Assembly (NCBI GenBank): GCA_026986575.1
Contig: JALSOH010000004.1
Coordinates: forward strand, 704,001-768,000
DNA: 64,000 nt
Origin: Thermoproteota archaeon
Lineage (GTDB): Archaea > Korarchaeota > Korarchaeia > Korarchaeales > Korarchaeaceae
Direction of reading: 5' to 3'
Part shown: one piece after another, positions 60,042 to 64,000 of the stretch
How positions within the stretch are numbered: position 1 is the first letter of the stretch
How the letters are laid out: each line of letters begins with the position of its first letter
The notes under the pieces: model-generated
What the model was told of the DNA's origin: nothing
What the model saw: the letters and a program-made list of their open reading frames with translations, nothing else
Database searches by the model: none
Program-made: the position numbers and the translations under genes

Positions 60042-60166
60042 CTCATCATCCTCCACCATGCCAGTAAGTACGCTGCTGCAGCTGCTATCGGGTAGAGGAA
60101 GGGATCGATCATCAGAGAGGCAGCCAGAGCGGCAGGAAGCAGGACTAGAAGGAACACTCCTCTCAT
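60038..60166 (-). CDS. 42-aa 2-TM micro-protein
   Basis: MRGVFLLVLLPAALAASLMIDPFLYPIAAAAAYLLAWWRMMR*; GGGAGGT RBS; ATGA-coupled to the next gene. Confidence 0.65.
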   Translation of the reverse strand: MRGVFLLVLLPAALAASLMIDPFLYPIAAAAAYLLAWWRMMR

Positions 60167-60236
60167 AGGACCTCCCATTCTTATTAGGAAGGAGAGATAG
60201 TGAACGATCTAAAATCGCGTTAAAATGGGAAAAATT

Positions 60237-61658
60237 TCAGGATGTTGGCCATTTCCTCCTCCTCAACTTGGTGAGGGCGAAATAGGCTGCTAGAGCGACC
60301 ACTATTCCTATTACTAGTCCCCAATACGGTGAAATCCCTTCACTGGATGCCGGAAAGCTGGTAACGGTGATAGCAGCCGAAGCGACCGCCACCCCGTAGC
60401 TCAGCACCGTGACGGTGTAGTTGCCCGGGCTCACCCCCTTGAACACTATTAGCTGACTGGAGCCGGGATCCAACGTGATTGAGCTGTGATCGATTTCCTC
60501 CCCCTCCCTGAGCAGGACGATATCAAACGTCCCAAGTACGCCACCGACGTTAGTTAGGTTGACCTCTATCGTCCCGTCAGAGGGAGAGGCCGACAGGGAG
60601 ACTGGAAGCGGCACGATTTGAAATGAGAGCGAGTGATCGTTATTCGCCCTGTCCACATCCACCCCATCCAAGGGTATCAGAGAGACCGTCAATGTGTGAT
60701 TCCCGACCGCTAGCTCCAAGGTTGGGATCTCCACATCGGCGAAGCCCTCTCCCTTAGGAGGTAAGGTATCGAGAAGCTGAGAGTCTATCAGCACGTCGTC
60801 CACGTACACGGTGACATTGACTCTGGTGGGGGATGGACCCTCGTTCACCACCCTGATCTTACCCGAGAGAACCTCGCCCCTCTGAACCCTCTTGGGGACC
60901 GAGACCTCCTTAACATGGACGTCACACGATGGTTTGACGTGCACCTTGGCTGAAGCTTGGCTGTAAGGCCTCTCTCCCCTAGTTATCAGGGCGACCAATT
61001 TGAAGGTCCCAGCTGACGGGGGAGTAAAGGGGAACTCGGCCATAGATATGGATTTGGGAGGAACATAGAGACTCTGTGCTCCTATCTCCGTATCGTTAAC
61101 GAACAGCCTCACTCTGAGATCTAGCGCGTCACCCGAGGGGTTCGGGATGTGGACCTTCACGAAGTATTCCCTTCCTTGAATCATCTCCCTCTCTACGTCG
61201 ATAAACGCCTCGACAAGCGGGATTACAGAGAACTTCATAGTATAGGTGTTGTCTTCGGGACGCGGGTCCCCGTACTCCTTGGACTCCACCGTCACCTTCA
61301 GGTCGTGCACTCCCACGGTAAGGTTCGAGGTCGGGACCTTCGTAGTGACGGTCGTATATCCCCCGGCTGGAATTGGGATGGATCCCTTAGACACATTACC
61401 TATTTCCCAAAACTCCACAACCTTAAGATCCTCATCCACATACACGCTCACCTTTACGATCCCGGAAAAGACCTTGAACTCCCTGTTTCTGATGTAGATA
61501 GTGAGGGTGAGGGGCTGTCCCTGCTGCACCTCTCCGTTAAGAGGCAGCACCGTTATCCTGTCTATAGAGAGGTCCCACTGCTGCTGGGATGTTGCATGAG
61601 CCAGCGGCATCATGAGGAGAGGAAGGAGCATTAGTAGGGTCCCCGACTTAGATGACAT
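60237..61658 (-). CDS. CARDB/Ig-repeat surface protein with C-terminal TM
   Basis: Signal peptide, DLSI..I.V, V.VYVD, G.H.L.V, (D/N)N-ending repeats, TM followed by RRRK. Confidence 0.82.
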   Translation of the reverse strand: MSSKSGTLLMLLPLLMMPLAHATSQQQWDLSIDRITVLPLNGEVQQGQPLTLTIYIRNREFKVFSGIVKVSVYVDEDLKVVEFWEIGNVSKGSIPIPAGGYTTVTTKVPTSNLTVGVHDLKVTVESKEYGDPRPEDNTYTMKFSVIPLVEAFIDVEREMIQGREYFVKVHIPNPSGDALDLRVRLFVNDTEIGAQSLYVPPKSISMAEFPFTPPSAGTFKLVALITRGERPYSQASAKVHVKPSCDVHVKEVSVPKRVQRGEVLSGKIRVVNEGPSPTRVNVTVYVDDVLIDSQLLDTLPPKGEGFADVEIPTLELAVGNHTLTVSLIPLDGVDVDRANNDHSLSFQIVPLPVSLSASPSDGTIEVNLTNVGGVLGTFDIVLLREGEEIDHSSITLDPGSSQLIVFKGVSPGNYTVTVLSYGVAVASAAITVTSFPASSEGISPYWGLVIGIVVALAAYFALTKLRRRKWPTS

Positions 61659-61766
61659 CTCTCACCTCTCCCTCCTCCAATTAAATACGTTTGTTCGATC
61701 TTAGCCTATTCCCCCCACGACCGACAGGATTATGAGTTCGGATAGGGGCGATGTCCGGGTGCGATC

Positions 61767-62474
61767 ATGACGGAGCTGCTCTATATGGACGACTCCTACC
61801 TAAAGGAATTCGAGGCAGAGGTCGTCGAGGTGTCGGGGGACAAGGTCGTGCTCGATAAGACGGCTTTCTATCCCGTCGGTGGTGGTTTACCTAGCGACAC
61901 GGGTGTCCTGTTGAAGGGAAGCGAGGAATACCGGGTCGAGGAGGTGAGGAAGGAGGGAAGCAAGGTCTGGCACATGGTCCCCGGACACTCCCTCTCAGTA
62001 GGCGATGGGGTGAGGGGAGTGATCGATTGGAACAAAAGGTACAGGGTGATGAGGATGCACACGGCACTCCACGCCCTCATAGCGGTGATGAACCAGAAGT
62101 TCGGGGTACTCGTGACCGGAAACAAGGTGGCTCAAGATAGAAGCAGGGTAGATGTTAATTTGGAGAAGTCAGATAGGGAGCTGGTTGAGAAAGTAATTGC
62201 TGAAACGAACGAGGAGCTGGCTAAGGGACTTCCGGTCAAGATCTACTACCTCCCCAGGGAGGAGGCCATGAAGATACCCGGTATAGTGAAGCTGGCCAAA
62301 GCTCTCCCTCCAAGCGTTCAGAAGCTCAGGATAGTAGAGATAGAGGGACTGGACATTCAGGCGGACGGCGGCCCTCATGTCTCTAATACGAAGGAGGTAG
62401 GGAGGATAGTTTTCCTGAAGCTGGAGAACAAGGGGAAGAACAACAGAAGGATCCATTTCACCCTCGAACCCTGA
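61767..62474 (+). CDS. alaXM: AlaX-M trans-editing enzyme
   Basis: TELLY, LDKTAFYP.GGG..D.G, MRMHTALH, QADGGPHV.NT.EVG. Confidence 0.92.
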   Translation: MTELLYMDDSYLKEFEAEVVEVSGDKVVLDKTAFYPVGGGLPSDTGVLLKGSEEYRVEEVRKEGSKVWHMVPGHSLSVGDGVRGVIDWNKRYRVMRMHTALHALIAVMNQKFGVLVTGNKVAQDRSRVDVNLEKSDRELVEKVIAETNEELAKGLPVKIYYLPREEAMKIPGIVKLAKALPPSVQKLRIVEIEGLDIQADGGPHVSNTKEVGRIVFLKLENKGKNNRRIHFTLEP

Positions 62475-62516
62475 GGGGAACGACAAAAAGCTCAAAGGAT
62501 TTATCCATGCTCCGAG

Positions 62517-63452
62517 GTGTCACCTCCCATGAAGCTTCTCGACGAACTACTATCGAGGATCAAAGGGAGCAAAGGGGTAGAGAGAAAAGAGAACATAGAA
62601 GATATCCTAAAGAAGGCCCTGGGAGGCGAGGTTCTAGAGTTCGAGGAGGCTATGTCCTTCCTTGGAGCTGTCGAGGCCAAGCTGTCGAGGGAACCTCAGG
62701 TGAAGAGGGTAAAGGGAAAGGTGGTATTCATTGGAGACACCCACGGTGACTTCGACTCATCCAAGGAGGTCCTCAGAAAATTCAAGGACCATACACTTGT
62801 GTTCCTTGGAGATTACGTGGATAGGGGGAAGAAGCAAATAGAGAACGCCAACTTCCTCCTAGCCCACTACTACAAGGATCCAGATAGGGTGATTCTGCTC
62901 AGAGGAAACCACGAGTCCCCCGTGGTCAACCTGAATTATGGATTTATGGAGACGCTCTATCACACGTACGGCTCGGAGTGGCCCTTCCTGTTCATGAGGT
63001 ACAACGAGGTGTTCGCCAACCTTCCGTACGCTGCTGAGGCCTATGGCATACTCGCACTTCACGGGGGGATAGCTGAGGGATTGGAGTCGATGAAGCAGAT
63101 AAAGAAGCTACCGAAGAAGGACATGATACCCAGCAACAAGATAGCCTTTCAACTTCTATGGAACGATCCCTACGAGGGAATAGAGGGCTTCGGAGAGAAC
63201 TACAGCCGAGGAGGTGGCACCAAATACTACGGCAGAAAGGCCCTAGAATCCTTTCTTAAATCTAACGGTCTGAAAGGACTGGTTAGAGCTCACGAGGCCT
63301 ACCCAGAAGGTTACGCTTGGCTCTTTGGCGGTGAAACTGGGATAGAGGGCATGGAGAGCATACTCTTATCAGTCTTCACATGTAGGTATTACGGCATCCC
63401 GCCCAGAGTGGCGGTGTTCGATGGTAAGAAGGTGGAGGTCGTCAGGCTATGA
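62517..63452 (+). CDS. PPP-family Ser/Thr protein phosphatase
   Basis: GDTHG, GDYVDRG, LRGNHE, HGG, LLWNDP, RAHE. Confidence 0.9.
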   Translation: MSPPMKLLDELLSRIKGSKGVERKENIEDILKKALGGEVLEFEEAMSFLGAVEAKLSREPQVKRVKGKVVFIGDTHGDFDSSKEVLRKFKDHTLVFLGDYVDRGKKQIENANFLLAHYYKDPDRVILLRGNHESPVVNLNYGFMETLYHTYGSEWPFLFMRYNEVFANLPYAAEAYGILALHGGIAEGLESMKQIKKLPKKDMIPSNKIAFQLLWNDPYEGIEGFGENYSRGGGTKYYGRKALESFLKSNGLKGLVRAHEAYPEGYAWLFGGETGIEGMESILLSVFTCRYYGIPPRVAVFDGKKVEVVRL

Positions 63453-64000
63453 GGCATGCTCTGCCTATCGCGTTGTTGATCCTAGTAACGATTCCACTCC
63501 TAACAGCGCTAGCTCTCCCACGGGAGGGAGAGGAGGTCCCTTACTTCAACGTCTTGACCTACGAAGGGGACAGAATATCCCCAGAGAGGTTGAAAGGGAA
63601 GTCTTTCATGCTTGTATTCGCGGCGGAATGGTGCCCCCACTGCAGGAAGGAGCTTCCCGCCCTGTCAAAAGCTTGGAAAGATGCTGGCCTAGATAGAGAG
63701 GATGTGATGTGCATCGTGATGATCGTTTCCAGCCAGCAGGATAAGGCCATAAAGTTCTACAAGTCCGTCGAACCCCCATCCAACTGGAGGCTGGTACCGG
63801 ATGCCAATTATATCGCCGAAAAGTACGGTGTGAGTGCAGTCCCGACCATGATTGTGGTCGACCAAGAGGGGAAGGTCGCGAGAATCTTTAGAGGGGAGGT
63901 ACCTCCACAACAAATAACGAATCTAGTCGGCGAACTGATTGGGGCCACGCCCAAACAAGGTAACTATACATCAACCTCCTCTAGTGTGACGCGGACACAG
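63449..64000 (+). CDS. TlpA/ResA-like exported thioredoxin (truncated by window end)
   Basis: MRHALPIALL... signal peptide, FAAEWCPHCRKELP, YGVSAVPT; ATGA overlap with the phosphatase. Confidence 0.88.
   Translation, partial: MRHALPIALLILVTIPLLTALALPREGEEVPYFNVLTYEGDRISPERLKGKSFMLVFAAEWCPHCRKELPALSKAWKDAGLDREDVMCIVMIVSSQQDKAIKFYKSVEPPSNWRLVPDANYIAEKYGVSAVPTMIVVDQEGKVARIFRGEVPPQQITNLVGELIGATPKQGNYTSTSSSVTRTQ

Overview
Gene-dense chromosomal segment of a thermophilic archaeon, probably Korarchaeia/TACK. This is an inference from AGG/ATA-rich codons, TTTWWAA boxes, GGTGA/GGAGG ribosome-binding sites and archaeal gene families. No rRNA, tRNA, CRISPR array, IS or integrase was recognised. In order, the window holds: a decayed MNT-HEPN toxin-antitoxin pair, NfeD/stomatin, a Dpp/Opp peptide ABC operon, and a block of amino-acid stereochemistry and radical-SAM enzymes (class III PLP enzyme, LysA, Ala-Glu epimerase, AmrS, long KamA). 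Next come a Liv ABC operon, CysRS, SerRS, a bacterial-type ThrRS, a GlcD/GlcF-like oxidase, malic enzyme, an aroC-(CM+aminotransferase)-tyrA operon, several modular surface proteins, AlaX and a PPP phosphatase. The most unusual element is a translationally coupled string of small membrane or pilin-like genes at 57.9-60.2 kb. It includes two micro-ORFs (27 and 42 aa) missing from the ORF track and ends with a VirB2/CedA1-like pilin candidate. Other leads are an unannotated 50-aa membrane protein closing the dpp operon, tandem palindromic operators before an archaeal ATPase, a structured thrS leader and an IscS homologue lacking its catalytic Cys. All family calls come from motif recognition by eye; no database search was run.
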